From assembly GCA_030704615.1 (NCBI GenBank), contig CM060731.1, positions 1,240,001-1,304,000 of the forward strand: DNA of 64,000 bases. The letters run 5' to 3'. A program made the position numbers and the translations under genes. Positions 47,820 through 62,800 of this stretch are shown piece after piece (the stretch's first letter is position 1; each line of letters opens with the position of its first letter). This stretch comes from Takakia lepidozioides. Lineage: Eukaryota > Plantae > Bryophyta. The notes under the pieces were generated by a model. The model saw only the letters and a list, made by a program, of their open reading frames with translations, was not told the origin of the DNA and did not search any database.

Positions 47820-50800
47820 CTAGGAAGAACATGATAGCATGCAAACCCCTGGGCGATAGGCCCAAGCAGGAGGAAGTCTTGCATATTTCTCCATCCCAGG
47901 TTGATCCTCGTAGGGGCGCTCCATTACCTTCAACAGCCGCCGTACTTCACTGAAATCTCCTTGCTCTGCTAAATCAATTGCACTCTGGCAAAGATAATTT
48001 CTCAGCACATATTTTGGATTCACAGAGTCAATAGCAGCTTTCCGTTCCCTGTCAGATAGCCCTTCAGCCGCCAGCTGCCACAAAGGTAAAGATCCTATCA
48101 GTATCTCAGTCTGGCAGAATGATTAGTTTATAGATTCAGCTTCCATCTAGGAAGACCTGTGGCTATAGATTTGCTAGTACCACTAATAAGCACTTCCGCC
48201 CCATCTGAATCCTTTTAATAGTGTTTCATCTGGAAGGAACCTAATCCATCGGGCCCTCACTCACGGAGACAAATGCCAGTAACAGTGAGCCTCTTGGGTG
48301 GGACTCGTGAGGGAAACTGTGACCTAATCCTACAATTTTCAAAAACAAATCGTAGCCAGAATGAACTTCCTCTTCTCTCCACTTTTTCAGCCCCGTCCAC
48401 AAGGCTATGGAAAGAAAAGTCTGCACCTCTTGGTGGGGACCGGTGATAACTCAAATGGGGATGAGAAATACCAGCTCAATGTACTCATGCAACAAGTCAA
48501 GCCACACTTTTCTGCGCTCTTTGCTCAAGTCCAGCAATGCATTCTTCAAAGGCGCGAGCAACTTATCATCTGTAGTTCCTGGTACCGTTGTCAAGTTTCC
48601 CAGGGATCGGAAAAAATTGGTGTAGTCAACTTTGTCAAATGCCATGTTGGTTAACAGCTTGCTTATCAAGTCCTTGTTATATTGTTTAAGACCCACTTTA
48701 CTGCTCATATGACCCTGATACTCGGACATGAATTTGTCTGCATACCTGCAAATCCCAAATGGACAAACTTATTAACTCCATAGGACAGCTCCTTCACAGC
48801 AGCAACAAAAGTTGAATTCCAGAGCTCAATTGTTGAGACTATACAAACTACACTAGATCATCATGGAAGACACAAACTTGTAAGAAGTAGACAATACAAC
48901 ACAAGTAATACCTGTCCAGACTCACACAACCATCAGGAAGAGTTCACGGGTTACGGCCAGGCGAAGGCCCATTCAGACACTTAAGTTCAACATCGACTGC
49001 AAATCTACTGAAAGGAACCTGCATAAATGTGTTACCTTTGCAAGCCAAATTGGGCTTCCTCAGAAGTAACAAGCTCGCCAGTGAAGAGAGTGTTGGCCAG
49101 CTGCATCATATTCCACAAACCTATGTCGGGCTGGTTGGAGAAACCATACCGTCGGCCCGGAAGATCTGTGGTATTTGGAGTGTACTTGGGATCAAAAGCA
49201 TCCAGAAACCCAAACGGCCCGTAGTCGATTGTGAGGCCAAGAATGCTCATGTTGTCAGTGTTCATGACCCCATGAGTGAAACCAACAGCTTGCCACTTTG
49301 CAATCATCACTGCCGTCCGCTCTGCCACCTCAGTGAACCATGCTAAAAAGCCAAGAGAAAAGACACCCAACACAAGCAAATGAATCAAAGACTCCAGGCC
49401 TCCTCATTCCTACAGCTACTGCCTCAATTTACAGAGCCAAGCCATCTGTCGCCCACCAGGCCAGTGAAGAAGTAGGAACATGGTTGTGAAGTGGGAAGCG
49501 TTCTCTGGGAATGTAAAAACCGCAGTACAATGAACAACGAAGATGAGAGAAATATATTGCACCTACAGGAGGCCAGAGAAAGAGAGAGACCTGCATATTT
49601 GTTTTTCGAAACATCAATTGGAGGAGCAGTTTCCTTTGCAGCTTCAGAAGGACCCTCCCCTGAAGTCTGCAAATCAAAAGGCAAGCGCTCCAACTGCGGA
49701 AAATGGTGGTGAATAGTATAATCTGCTAGTCTCTTTACAAGGGGTAAATCTTCCTTGTCTCGGGCTGCATGAATCTGAAAAGAACCGAAGCGAATAAATG
49801 ATGGAGCCACACGGCACACAATTGCTCCTGGCTCCATCTTCACATTCCCACTGATTCATAAAGCACACCACAGGGGAGGTAAGCAATTAAAAAAGTACCC
49901 TTGGAATTTATAGGTAAGGATGGACTTTTGGCATCTGAATCTCAAGAAGCCACATCTACTGAATTGACTGCAAGCAGAAGCTGATGTTTTCCTTGATTTG
50001 GTTTTGGATGGAGATTAACAACTCACTCATAGAACATATCACGCAAAAAACCTTCTCCTGTTGTCACAAGACACAAAGCACGGGTGGTTGGGACCCCCAA
50101 ATGGTGCATAGCTTCACTGCAAAGGAACTCGCGGACACTGCTCCGGAGGACTGCCAATCCATCTGCTGTCCTACTATAAGGAGTCTTTCCAGACCCTTTA
50201 AGCTGTAGCTCCCACCTCTCCCCCCGCTTATTCAATACCTCGCCCAGAGTGATGGCACGCCCATCCCCTAGCTGCCCTGCCCACATTCCAAACTGGTGGC
50301 CACCATAGCACTGCGCATACGATAGGCTGGACAGCCAATCAATAAACGCTCTGTTAGCATGGTTACCAAACAGTCGTCAGGAAACTGTACCGCTATTATT
50401 TAGCAGGTCCACTCCTCATGGTTGACTAGCACTACATACGGTTATCCCCCTTGTTGACCCACTTTTAAGCGACTTCCAGGGTTTGGCTTCAAGGACTCTG
50501 TGGAGAGGTTTCACACAGACTAAGAGACAGGACAGCAACTAGGCCCTAACATTTGCTCGTCATGAAGACTTCGCTAGCACTATGCCACTGTGACATTGCT
50601 TCAAAGATACAGACAACATGGACACCTGGTCAGATGCAAATACAAGAGACTGCAAAATTGTAAAGAGATTAGCTAACATAGCCAATTACCAACAACACCA
50701 CCTCAAACAACAAGCAGCCAATGGAAACATACTACAGCTTAATAGATTCTATCAGAATCTGTCGAAGATTTTGCAGGACAGCTCACCTGCCTTTCAACTT

Positions 50801-53449
50801 TGAGGCTCCTGTAAAGAGAAGAGGGAAGTCTGGTCTTTCCAACCTGCCAAAAGAAATACTTCTCATTCCAAGTATCATAGATTGAACCCTGGATGTCATG
50901 CATTTCCAATTCAATAACAAGTACAAGAATCCATTTTTCCATTAAATTAGAATCTACCCTTGGCTAGCAGTGCCTTTTTTATGAGCTGATTCCAGACTTG
51001 CCTACAGATATCTAGTTGTACTTTGCCTTCAAAGCTGTCACATCAGGAGCTATTAACCCATCCAATTCCTGGATAATACAGGTTCGGAGAAGAAGCTCAC
51101 TCACTCAAGGGGGTCAAGGTCGAAAATGTCAACAACAGGCTGAGACCAAGCTACAAGCTCTGGGTCTTTCACAGACACTGACGGTGACACTTTCGAATAG
51201 CATGAATGCAGCACCTGGTCCAAGACAAACAACACTCCACTTGGTTATGACAGGTGTGTGCATGTGGAGCGAGAGAAAGAGAGAGAATAGTAGCAATGTT
51301 GAGTCCATGTACATGGATGTCCTCTTTGGCCAACAAGATACAACATACACTTGACCCAAGATGCTTTGTAGTGGCAACCTTGAATGAGAAGCCCTCTTTG
51401 AACTGTCACCAAGCCTCTTTTTCACGAGTTTAAGAGATGCAAGTCCATGCCAAAAGCTGTGACTTGCTTGTGTGAAGGCCGGATTCACCTTTTTCTACTC
51501 TCCTTTTGGCCTATCCCGCACACACCCCCCCCTCCCCTTTCTCCCCTTTTCTGATCCATCCCCGAAAAGACTGCAGTGATGAACACATCAGGCAATTCTG
51601 TGTCCAGAATATCATCAGCTGCAGAGCACAATGATACCCTCACACTGTGTTCCACTGCAGGATTAATTCCATTATTCTGCGAGTTGACAATAATAACCAC
51701 AGGTAGATTTTTTGCAAGAGTTATAAACATCGTACATTGTTTATCTTGCATAACCTCGGTTTAAATCCCCCTAACCAACTGAATCACTTGAAGTGTGTGA
51801 ACCGACCCTCACCAGCTTAGTCTCTGGTGAACAAGGGCAGACATACTAGCTGGAACAATATGCCAGAAAACTCAAAAGACTGCCCTTCCACAACCCCCCT
51901 TCCCCCACCCCGCAGCTGGTTGAATGAAAAGTTACAAGAGAATAACCTGGCGAACAGGCCCATCACTGCGAACATCACCCGGAAGCTCCTTCACAAATGA
52001 ATGGTCCCAGTTAAGCTCCTCTAGCTTTATTCTTCCTGAGCTTGCTGCATTGTCCTTTATCCCTTCCACCTGATGATAACAGATCGACAATCTCAGACTG
52101 ATAAGAGAAAGGTCCATGCACTTGTAGTGCACCACATTGTGTCAGAACTGTCCAAACTAATTAATACCTGCAAGGCTCTGGTCAAACAAAACCTGAACAA
52201 AAACCAGGAAGGTATCCCAACTTCAGAAACCGATCATGTAAATGCTGCAACACTCTGATCATCTGGAAACATGGGATGTGACATGAACATGCAACAAGGA
52301 GTTCCGCCCTGTGATGAGGGCTCGTTCTCCAGCGGAAGAAGCTATAGTACCTCAGTCAATTTTAATTTGGACATGAGCTTGCTTTCTGACATTAGGTGTT
52401 GCCATGGATCTTAACCCTAAAGCTGTAGTAGGCAATATCCTGGAGAGAATGCACATGCCATGCTCCATGTTTCCAGAATGTATATCAACCCCAGGTAGTG
52501 CTTGCACTAGTTCAACTCCTAGAAAAACGATAATCCATCACTTAGATGGTCGAAGACATCACTGTACGTGAAAATGTGGCTGGGGCTTCAAACCGTGGAC
52601 AGCACCTACCAGAAGAGCTGTCACGAGGCCACATCAGAGAATGACATTCCGAAGGATCAGCCAAATTTGGGCCATATGCTGATTCCTGACAATGTAAACT
52701 AGACATCGGCAACTATGAAGTGATTGCAGTGAAATCGATAAGACCTGCTGTATGGAAGTTCCAGAGATCATTGTGCGCAGAATCTTTACAATGGTTAAAA
52801 TCGAGTTGACCGGGTTCGGATTTAGTAGCCACTCAAAAATCTCCAGCATCCTCATAGACAATCAATCTCAGTAACAACATCCTTGGGGATGAGTTGCATG
52901 ATTTTCTGTCTGATGCTGTAGTTTGAATTCCACAAAAATTTGAAAAACCTTTGCATCTTTTAGGTCCTGCAACCCTGATCGACAACATATGCCGCAGGGC
53001 AGAGCTATCAGAGACTGCATACAAGTGACGAATTAGCATACTGTACCACCCAGAGGATTATGAAGGTCGCCCTCGAGAAAAATGATCAACAAGTAAAAAT
53101 ACCAGTCAGGTTTCGGAGATTGGCCCACCTTGTCTCTCTCCTGAGAACCCGAACCATTTCCCTCGAAATGAGCTTCTTTCCCTTTCTCTACCTCCTCGCC
53201 ATCGTCCAGCTTCAGCGCCTGCAATTCCTCCGCCATGGCAAACGGCGGCCACCTGGCAGAGAATTCCCGCGCACTGACGAACTGCCAAGGCCGCGCAGCA
53301 AACGAACTCACCTTCGCCAAAACTTCCGTTCCAAAGAGGCGATCCGACACGCTGTGTCTGGAGAGCGATCGCAAGGCAGGGCGTGTGGTGATTGAAGAGG
53401 GAATAGAGGAGGCCACGCGAAGAAGAGAACGTTGGGGGCAGGAAGCCAT
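47820..53449 (-). CDS. SELO: Selenoprotein O / UPF0061 (YdiU) protein adenylyltransferase, Cys form, with probable organellar transit peptide. Exons approx 53449-53129, 52069-51947, 51214-51105, 50843-50787, 50326-50027, 49850-49591, 49342-49036, 48745-48472, 48074-47820
   Basis: [80 protein letters not shown]-terminal CMLSCSS*. Exons join in frame. Confidence 0.95.
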
Positions 53450-54901
53450 GGTCTACCTCGGGAAAAGTTGCGGCCGAGAGAGACGTTTAATCCCCGGCCA
53501 CATCGGCAGCGGGGCTGCTGCCTGCGAAGCTACCTACTCATTTGTTTGAGAAATTGGCATGCAAAGTGTCCACATCACATGTCGCTCGAGAATGTGATGG
53601 AGTTGGATACCATTTGCGAGGCGACACCTCAGCCACAACAAGGAGCAAACATCATCTTCTTCTTCTTTTACTCGCTCATAATTATCGCCATCGTCACCAT
53701 TATGAGCGAGCTTGATTCCCGCATCTGAACACTTGGTACGCTCGGGAACCTATAATGTATTTGCTCGCTTGGAGGATGGGATGAAAGAGCTGGGGTTACC
53801 AGGAAAATCCTCTCACGTGGCAAGGCAGGTGGCATCGTCGAGCCGCTGATGATTCTAATAATCAGAGTACAGTGATTTCAATGAAGAGAGCATGAAGACA
53901 TTGAGACGATTTGAAAGAGGAAGAAGGAGTGGAGATGTATTCAGGGGCCAGCACAACATGAATCCTTAGCGGTCATCGTCGAGCTTGATGACTCTTCCAT
54001 CTTTTTCCCCGCTGGCTTCTCCGAGTCTGCGCGTGCGATTGCAGAGGTCGAAGTTCTTGCTGTCGTTCGCGTATTTCTCAAATTATGGCATGCCCCTCGC
54101 TGCAAATGTTTCCCTCAATGGCAGCCATTCGGCAAGTTCGTTCTTCGGTCTCTAGCATTCGTTCACCTGGTGGTTGAGGTCTTGAGCTGCGGCTGGATTT
54201 TTTCGCAAAGAATCGGAAAGTGTGAAGGAACAATTTCGGGAGGCGGTATTGTTTGGAAAAAGTCTTTGTCTCTCATGCTGGCATACTGTGGATATACCAC
54301 GAACAGCTTTTCGAGATGTATAAGACGGAGGAAATAAAATGTTCTGGCTTCCCAGTGATTCGGTGAAGTTAAGCATTCCACCAGCAAATAACTAAAAGAA
54401 TTGAAGGAAGTCTGCGTGGTGAACTCTTAAGGGATTTAAGAACTTGCAGGCTCAAAGAGTTCAATTTTTGATGTGGGGTGGCAGATGAATGACGAAATGA
54501 CCAAGAGCGCGACAGCAGACGCGATCAGTAAAGAAGCAACAACCTTTGTCCCACAGCTACATAGTGCGAGCAATGTCACACCCACGAGGAGGCATGGCCT
54601 TAGTTGCAATCTGCATGAGAATAATCGGATTGGTGAACATTTTCCAGGTTAGTGTCAATGAACTTCGAATTCCTCGATTGAGATTGCCTACACCTGCTCG
54701 GTTGAGTACCATGAAGTTGAGAGCTGCAGTGTTTGGGAGCTCGAAGGCTCCGTAATGGAGCCACTTCTTTTTGAAGTGGATTCGTCAAACTTGACCAGAA
54801 TTTTATCCGTACTGTAAAGTGGGAACTCTCAATATGTGGTTGCATATTTAGCTGCTTGATACCGCCAGCAACAATATGCAGGTGTGGGAGAGGCTTATGG
54901 G

Positions 54902-57900
54902 ATGTGGAGACGTTATCTTCTTGTTCTTATGAGAGGGATACACAGAGAGGCAGGGGGACAGAGACCCCAAGATGAGGGAGATTGGAGATATTCTCCAGAG
55001 TGGTGGGGAACGCAGGGCGGTGGCTGGGGTCGCGATTGTGGGGACGTTGTCTTTGAGTCCCGTTCAGCCATGGGTAATGGTGTTGTGGCGGTGACCGCAC
55101 ATTCTGCTTCTACTCCTGTATGTTCCATTGGTCGAGCGAAGTGGCTCTCTTCTCCCTCCATTTCTAGCTCACAGACTTCCACTCTTGACTGGTCCCTTAT
55201 TTCCTTCTCTTTTCTGAGCTAGTTTTCTGATCATCATAATCACTGTTGGTTATGACTATCTTTCTGCACTAGTCGTGAAGGATAGCTGCAGGGCACTCTG
55301 CCGAAGGCAACTGAGGCAATGTAGCACCACATGTGATTAAATTACTGGCAAAAGACATACAGGTCTCACGGCAGTTTGATTAAGTTTCATGAATTTGAGG
55401 TCTTTATGACTCAAATTTCAAGCCTCAGAGCCATGAAATACTTGCTCATGATTGTGCCAAAGAGGACAGAGGATTTTCCGGCAGTGGGGAGAGAGCTTCA
55501 GCAAAGGCTAGAAAGGGAGGGCAGGGCAGGGCATGACCACGGCCTCTTTCAGATCCTGGGGTATGACTGGCGGGTGCTACGCTTCAACCTCGTGACTCGC
55601 CAAAGTGTGGCGAAAGTTATGGCAGTGAGGAAAGATACGAACACTTCTCATGTGATGTTGCTTCAGCAGCCAAACTGTATTGCATTTGAATGTGAGTTGT
55701 GGCTCCCTACCTTCCAAGTGGTCACAATACCTCTTGTTGCAGAGAACAGGTCAGGATGGAGTTTTTTTATTCCAAGGACTGAAGTAATGTCATGGTTAGT
55801 GCTGGACGGGCTTCATTTGTGTGCAATGGTGGACAGCAGGAGAGAGTGAAGACAGGAATTTTGTAGATTGATTAGCAAGGAATACTGTAGGATGGTTGAC
55901 TCTGGTAACATGCAATTCAGAGATGTTGTTTCACTTTCATCTTGTTATGTTCCACCAGTAGGAGGCCACTTACATACAGGCCATTACATTGGTAATTGAA
56001 ACTTGCTACCACTTGCTTTGAGGCTCATTCTAGTGTGTGTTGAGCTTGATTTTTAACAGATGTCAAGAGTATGCTATCAGTGGGGCTCACAACAGCAAGC
56101 CTATCAGGCTTGAATTTACAAGGAGAGAAGATCCGAATTCTGTGTGTGGGACTTGGGGGTGGAAGTCTTCCCCTTTTCCTGGCCCACAACTTGGTTGGTA
56201 AGTGATCATAGCCATAGTATCCTTGGAGGTTGCAGATTGTTCTTGTGTTTAGGTTGGTCAGTGAAGAACTACAACAAAAATGATGGATTTCCCTTTCCCA
56301 CTTTTTCATTTTTGGAAATGGTGGGCTTCTAGGCCAGAAGTCTTGGATAAGCAGGGCTGCTAAGTGTCTTGTTTTGTGTGGTCCAGTCCTTCAGCTGATA
56401 TTTGTTTTGGTAACAACATTAATGCAACTGGGTCCCCATGACAGTTACTGGACATATTTCATGAATGGCTTACATAATGAAGCAAATGAGGGTGACTAGG
56501 GTTGAATAGAAAGGCACTTCAAAGCCATTTTTAGCACATTAATTACGCCTTGCTGCTTATGTATATGCATGGAGAAACTTGTCTCACAAGGTCACCTCAC
56601 TTGGAAGCTTAAGAGATAATGGAGCTTCTGTTGGGCATCATTAATCTTGGCATTTATCAGCTCATACTTTTGGCTTTGACAGGTCGTTCCTCACGTATCA
56701 CAATACGAGCTAGAAAAAGAATGATAGGCTGAAAGTGGAGGGTGGATTGATAACCAGGTGCAATTGTGGAAGTGGTTGAGATTGACCCTGCAGTTATTGA
56801 AGCAGCCGTAGAGAGCATGGGCTTCCCGCCCTGTCGGGCAACCGTCCCCTCCAAAGGCACTGCATGCAATTCTGTGCCAAAAAGCCTATCCGAAGTCAAA
56901 GGGTTATCGGACAAAACAGGTAGAGGTTCCCGTACAACCTGGCAGATGACAGGGGAACAGTCTGCAACAGTCGAGGGCCCATCAGGCTCTTCAAAAGTCA
57001 GCAAAACTGGAGTCCTCAAGCATCAACCTTTCTTGCAACCCAATCCTCATATATCTGGTAATGGATTTGGCTCTGGTGCTCGCCATGGGATTGGGAAGGA
57101 TGGGAATGATCTCAGAGGATGTGTTTCACATAGGCAGGTAGAGCCTGACCATGACGAAATAGTGCTATGGGGAAGCATTTTAAGGCGGATGTTTGTCTAC
57201 GAGGCAGATGGAGAAGACTTTGTGGCGGAGGCTCTGTTGAGGCAACTTGGAAAGGAAGGTTATACAGGTCACTATGACATGGTTTTTGTGGATGCGTATG
57301 ATGGGGAAGATGTTGTGCCTTTCAAGCTATGGAACAGAAATGGACCCTTCCTGACAGCTCTGGGTAGTCTTTTACATCCCAAGCATGGCACTGTGGTGGT
57401 GAGTTAAGTCAGAACCCAAGACAATTTGTTAGGCATTGCTCAGTTGATAAAAGTCAAACTTGGTTCTCGTTGAAACCGTGGACCTTGTATGAAAAGTCAG
57501 GGAATGCTTGCCTTTCTACAATAGAAGGTACTTGGTAAACTGTGCTCTTCAAAGTATTTGAGTAACAGTAGAACATACCTCAACAAGGGGCAGCATGTGA
57601 AGATAACCATTTCTATCGATCTCCCTCTTCTCCACCTTTATCTGATCTCCATTCCTCTTCCAATTCTTTCATGGTGATAAAATGAGGAGCAAAATGTGTG
57701 TCAACCAAAGTCTGCTAAGCACATTGCTCTTTGCTTCATGTCTGAGACAGATGGGTCCACCGGTTGGGTGCAGGTTAACTTGCATACCGACTCACCTCCA
57801 CCATCCCTGTTGGAGAGAGCTACAGGACAGTATGGGCCAGGATTCGACCCGTTGTTGCCACAAGGAAGAAGAGTGCAAGACGCCTGTGTGAATTATAGGT

Positions 57901-58630
57901 GAGTTTATCCTGTTTTCGTTTGTATAGTGTAGAATGTCATGGACTTTCTGTTTCTTGAGCTAAACAATCCATATTGCAAGGCCAGTGAAATGGTGGGGCT
58001 GAGTCTGCCTCTCGATTGATCGTACTGCAACGACAGTACTTTTCATTGGCAGATATAGATTTCTCTGAATGATGGGATTGTTGATGTCAGAGTGGCATGA
58101 GTCATGTCAGAGTGACATTGACTGGAGTCTGGGACAGATTCAACCGAGCAATGTACTCTGTTGCGAGCCCTTTGTGACATCACCTTCTAATATGCTATTC
58201 TCTAACATTACTTTTGAAGAATCAAAGAGAACCAAGCCCAGTTAATAAATGCACAAAAAATGGCAACAGATATTTGAAGACATTTATCAAATGCAGGGAC
58301 GCGTTGCTAAGCTCTTCAGTGAACCAAGCAAACTTGAACCATGGTGGGGCGAGCAGACATGGTACAGTCAAGGGCGGCTCTCAATCCGTGACTGGGAGTG
58401 GGGTGGCATTTACTGTGGCTGTCCCATTACAAGGTAATTTATCCCTTGTCGTTGCCAGAGGGGTCTCTGTCCAGGATGTGGCTAGCGCTCCATCAGGCAA
58501 CAGAGAAACCACAGGAAATCAAGCTCTTGTAAATGCTTTGGTAGAAGAATCCAAGAACGTGGAGCGCACGCTTGGTTTGAGTCTGGATTTCTCTAGGCGT
58601 GTGGTTCGAGGCTTCCAAGTTGTCAAGTAG
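54902..58630 (+). CDS. SAM-dependent methyltransferase-like protein (spermidine-synthase-like fold). Exons approx 54902-55117, ~55463-55691, 56060-56197, 56758-57398, 57774-57898, 58296-58630
   Basis: DEGDWRYSPEWWG, WRVLRFN, ILCVGLGGGSLPLFL (motif I), VEVVEIDPAVI, YDMVFVDAYDG, HGTVVVNLH. The exon 2 acceptor is uncertain. Confidence 0.85.
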
Positions 58631-59867
58631 TCAATGCCAGGAAGATGTTGGGGAAGGAAGAGGACAGGTATAGCAACAGGTATAGTACATTTTGAAGTCT
58701 CTTAATTATTTGTTCATTGAAAATGGATAGTAACTTTCAGCTGTAAGTCTGACCTTTGTCGGTGTGTATTCAGTGAAGACTGTTTTGTTTCTCAAGAAAG
58801 AGCATGTAGTTTCAGATGTACATGGGGAAAGCATATGGATCGTTGTTCATGCACCCCAGTACTGGCCGGGATAGGAAGTTTTAATAATTTTCTCACATTT
58901 GAAAATATTTGAAATCAGCCAGCAGCACAAGATTTACTTGTCCCGTTCAACCGACTGAATGTGCTTTTCCAATGTAGAAAACAAATGTGACTCATTCCAA
59001 CTGATTGGAACACCCACTGAAAAGGTAACCGCATTGAAGTGTACAAAGCAGTGCATTAGGAGTCAAACAGAACATATCCCCTTCTTGCCCTCCAACTCCA
59101 CTTAAATTGTGTTCATTCTGAAATAATTTAGAATGCTATGGTCTGTAATTCAACAAAATCATATAATAGTTGGACAGAAGGATGCACCATCATCCAACAA
59201 GTTACAGTTGGGTGAACTATTTTACACGCGCTTGAACTGACCCTGTGGTGTATAGCCGGCCATAGTGAAGTGTACCACTACCAGATTGCAGCTTTTGATC
59301 CATATACCTGACTGCAAACTTGGATGTTCAGTCTAGCATATCATGCTTTGAATCAGACGATTCCAACGACCTCAACACCCTTTTTGAATAATAGACTTAG
59401 TCTATCTTCAGACAGCTGGGGAATTTAACTCAACTAATCCTACCTACAACAAGTACAGAAGCCCATTTCCCATCACTGGATTCGTTTTGGAGAGCAGCCC
59501 GGTGAGATGGTTGGCTTTCACAGGAATGGATTGCACACTGTTGATACTCTGCAATGGCAGGGATATGCTCTATAAGCACAGCATGTTGCTATTTCAGAAG
59601 CTCAGATGAATAACCCGAAGATTGGGGAAACAAGCAGGAGGCAACAGGCTAGACCAAATGCCTTCAAAACTTCGTTGGCGAGTAAAACACTCTTTTGCTG
59701 ATGAGATCTCTATCCCAATTATTTAAGTGAATGACCTGATTCTGATCCTCGGGAACAATTCAAGCCCCTACATCAATTAATTCAATCCAATTTAGCTGAG
59801 GTATAATACAGCCTATCAGAAAGGGCATAAGACCAAGCTTACAGTGAGTGTTGACTACATGAAGGTC

Positions 59868-62800
59868 TCATTGCCGATGTCCTTCTGGAAGCTGCACAAC
59901 ATGATGAAAGGGTACTGGCCGCTTTGGGAGACCCTCCACACCTTCCTCTTCATCACCATCGAACTCCAGCAGAAAACTGCAAGTTCCACCCATCATTGTC
60001 TTTATTTGAAATGCTCATTAACTAGCCCACTTTATTCCCTTCACAGCTCTCAAACCTAAGATACAAGGTTCTGCTACACACGTTACTTGCCGAAGCTCCC
60101 GGTATTACCAAGGAAAGCCGGAAACTAGACACTTGATTCAGATCATTGAACATGGCCTCAGAAAAGGGACTGCTGCTGCAATGACTTGTCTGATTCCAGA
60201 GCTGCCTTGTTTCACTTTACAGTGGGACAATCATTCTGATTAGACAACCTTCACATCAATTTGTGAGTAACAAATATAGGCCAAACAACGCTAGCAAAGA
60301 GTCCATGCATCATGTCCGTGCATATATCTAGGGGATTTTCAGAGCCTATTGTGCCAACTTACTCGTCACTTCGTTTCTGAATGTGTCACATCGCCACCAC
60401 GTACAGTCGTGCACATACACCAAAGTCAATGTTACATGTAGACAAACAAGACTGTCATGATTGAGTCACCACAAAGCTCCAGAAAGGTGTCATGTCAGTG
60501 CAGTTAAGACTCTCTTAACTGGTAGGGATCTTCCCGTGAAACTCGCCTGCTACATGTTGTTATGAAGTTGCAGAGACAGAAGATGTACTCTGACAGAAGA
60601 TGGCAACACATTAACAATCTGATCTGGAACACTCAGTAAAAAGGAATGATGGAAAAGGGGAGTTGGAGTGAGTGCTGCTGTGAGAGGTAGTAATCGTGAG
60701 GTTTCTGTGTGGTACCTTTGGAACCTAGATCCTGTGCTCATGTGAAGAGAAGAGGAAGCTGGGGAGAGGGTGCAAAGCAAGATAGAAGTAGAGCATAGAA
60801 GCCACTACCATCGGTGATGGTTTAACCAGTAGTGGACCTACCTACATAAACACAGTCGGTACTGGCCTTCCAATAACTGTGAAGAAAACACTGGGCATAG
60901 CATCCATATTGAGCCAGAGAAATGCCTTACCTTCCGGTGGGGTCCCACGACAGCGGCCTTGTAAAGTGCAGTGGTACCAGGATAAACAGCCAGCACCTGG
61001 GACCCAGGCGGGAAGTCTGGCACATTTGCTGCCTCAGTGCGTTTCGGAAGCGGGATGATACAAGATGATGGTAGCTTATATTTTCTGCAAAATGGTGGAA
61101 TTCGCCTCCAAGTGAGCATACAAGCATGTGAGTGGTTGGGAGTGACATTGCAAGTGAATCTAAAGGCACCTCAAAGATCAAGCCTCATCACAGGGTCAGC
61201 ATTCAATGTCACGGGGAAGAATTCAAAGTAACCTATCGGTCTACAAATACAACCACAAGTGTGGCAACAAGCATCTCAATTTTGTTTGAACAGAGAATCA
61301 CCTAGCAAGAAAGTACAGGTGCCTTGGTTAGCCTAAATAACATACATCTAAGACCAAGTATAGAAACAAGGAATATCATATTTAGGGCTTAGAAGTCTGC
61401 ACTTCAACGGGGCATGCCCTGCGATCCACCATTGCGTCAACAGCCTATGTAGTTAGATCTGCAAGCAGAGAATTGGAATGGAAGCTTTTTCAGATTCCTA
61501 TTGATATTGTGGACCACAACTACAGGTCAAGTAGAAGCACCTCTGATCAGTCTCTGCATCGTCATCAGGTTCTTCATCAATCACTTCATATCTGCACATC
61601 AGCACTCATCTAATTATCTGTCAGTTTCCAACTGTTGGTCTTGAACTGGTGATTATATCAACCACTCTCATCTCTGCTTCCCTCTCTCTGTCTCTATGAT
61701 CCCTACAGATGGCCACAAGGCTATGGAAAACAACATCTTATGAGTACATTCTATGGTTCTTACAGAGGTAACCAGTTGTGGAACTTTTCAGAACAATGTT
61801 TGCCTGCGAACATGGTAATGAAACTGTAGACTACAAACGACAATACATGCTTTCTTCATCATGACTTTCCACATTGAAGAAAGAAAGAGGAGCAAGGATG
61901 ACCAACTTGTTTGCATCCCTGTCAAATCGGGTAACTTTGACCACTATCCATTCGTGATTTTCCGAGTCATCGGCTGTTACCCGAGCTGCCACCTGGCATG
62001 GATCAGAACCATTCATAGAACACTTAGCTTGTGGATAAAGTATCACAGACATTCAGAAGGGAGAAGAACATCAACATCTCCGCCCCTGAACCTTTACCCA
62101 ATCTTGTAACCAGATTTCATAACTGGCGTTATACAGCACAGGGTTGCACATATGTGGACATCTTCTGTGGTTTCAACAAAAGATTAGATACATTCACCTA
62201 AAAGTCACGATGACCTCAAGAGTCTTAGTCCTTCATCCCTCAAACAAGCGCTTGCTCCTTTGTGAATTGGGTGCAACCTTTGTATACAGTGTAGGCACCT
62301 TTTCTGCTCTTGTGAATGGTAGGGGGGTTGTTTGTGTGTGACAGAAGAGACAGAGGGGTTGTCCACCTGATCCCCAGGAAGAATGCTGGAGTGAGAAACA
62401 GGTGTCCGTGGCAACGTTGGCGAACACAAACGTGACGAATCAGCCTCTGTCTTGATGCGCTTTCTTTTCTGTTCACCTGCACCTGTCATATTCACCGCTG
62501 AGACTGCTCAAAGAGTCATACCTAATTTACAATTAGTTCGATTCTCCCATAAAGCAGCCTCCATATCACACCTTGCACAACTCGAAAACATACTTTGCCA
62601 AATGCATTGTGGTGCACATTCCCATCAACTGATGCTCTATTAATCATGTCCATCTATTGGAGGCCAGCCAACAAGTTGAACATGAGCATCTGACACTTCC
62701 ACCTGTTTGCAGCTTTTCTATGGGTGGCAGAAACGAGTGGCAAGTCCCACCTAATTTCTTGCGGTGGGGGGGCACCTGACCAGGTGTGATTAAACTGTCC

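Noticed and set aside
47820-47840. Selenocysteine in SELO
   Set aside because: The C-terminus is CMLSCSS followed by TAG, with no in-frame TGA, so this is the Cys homolog.
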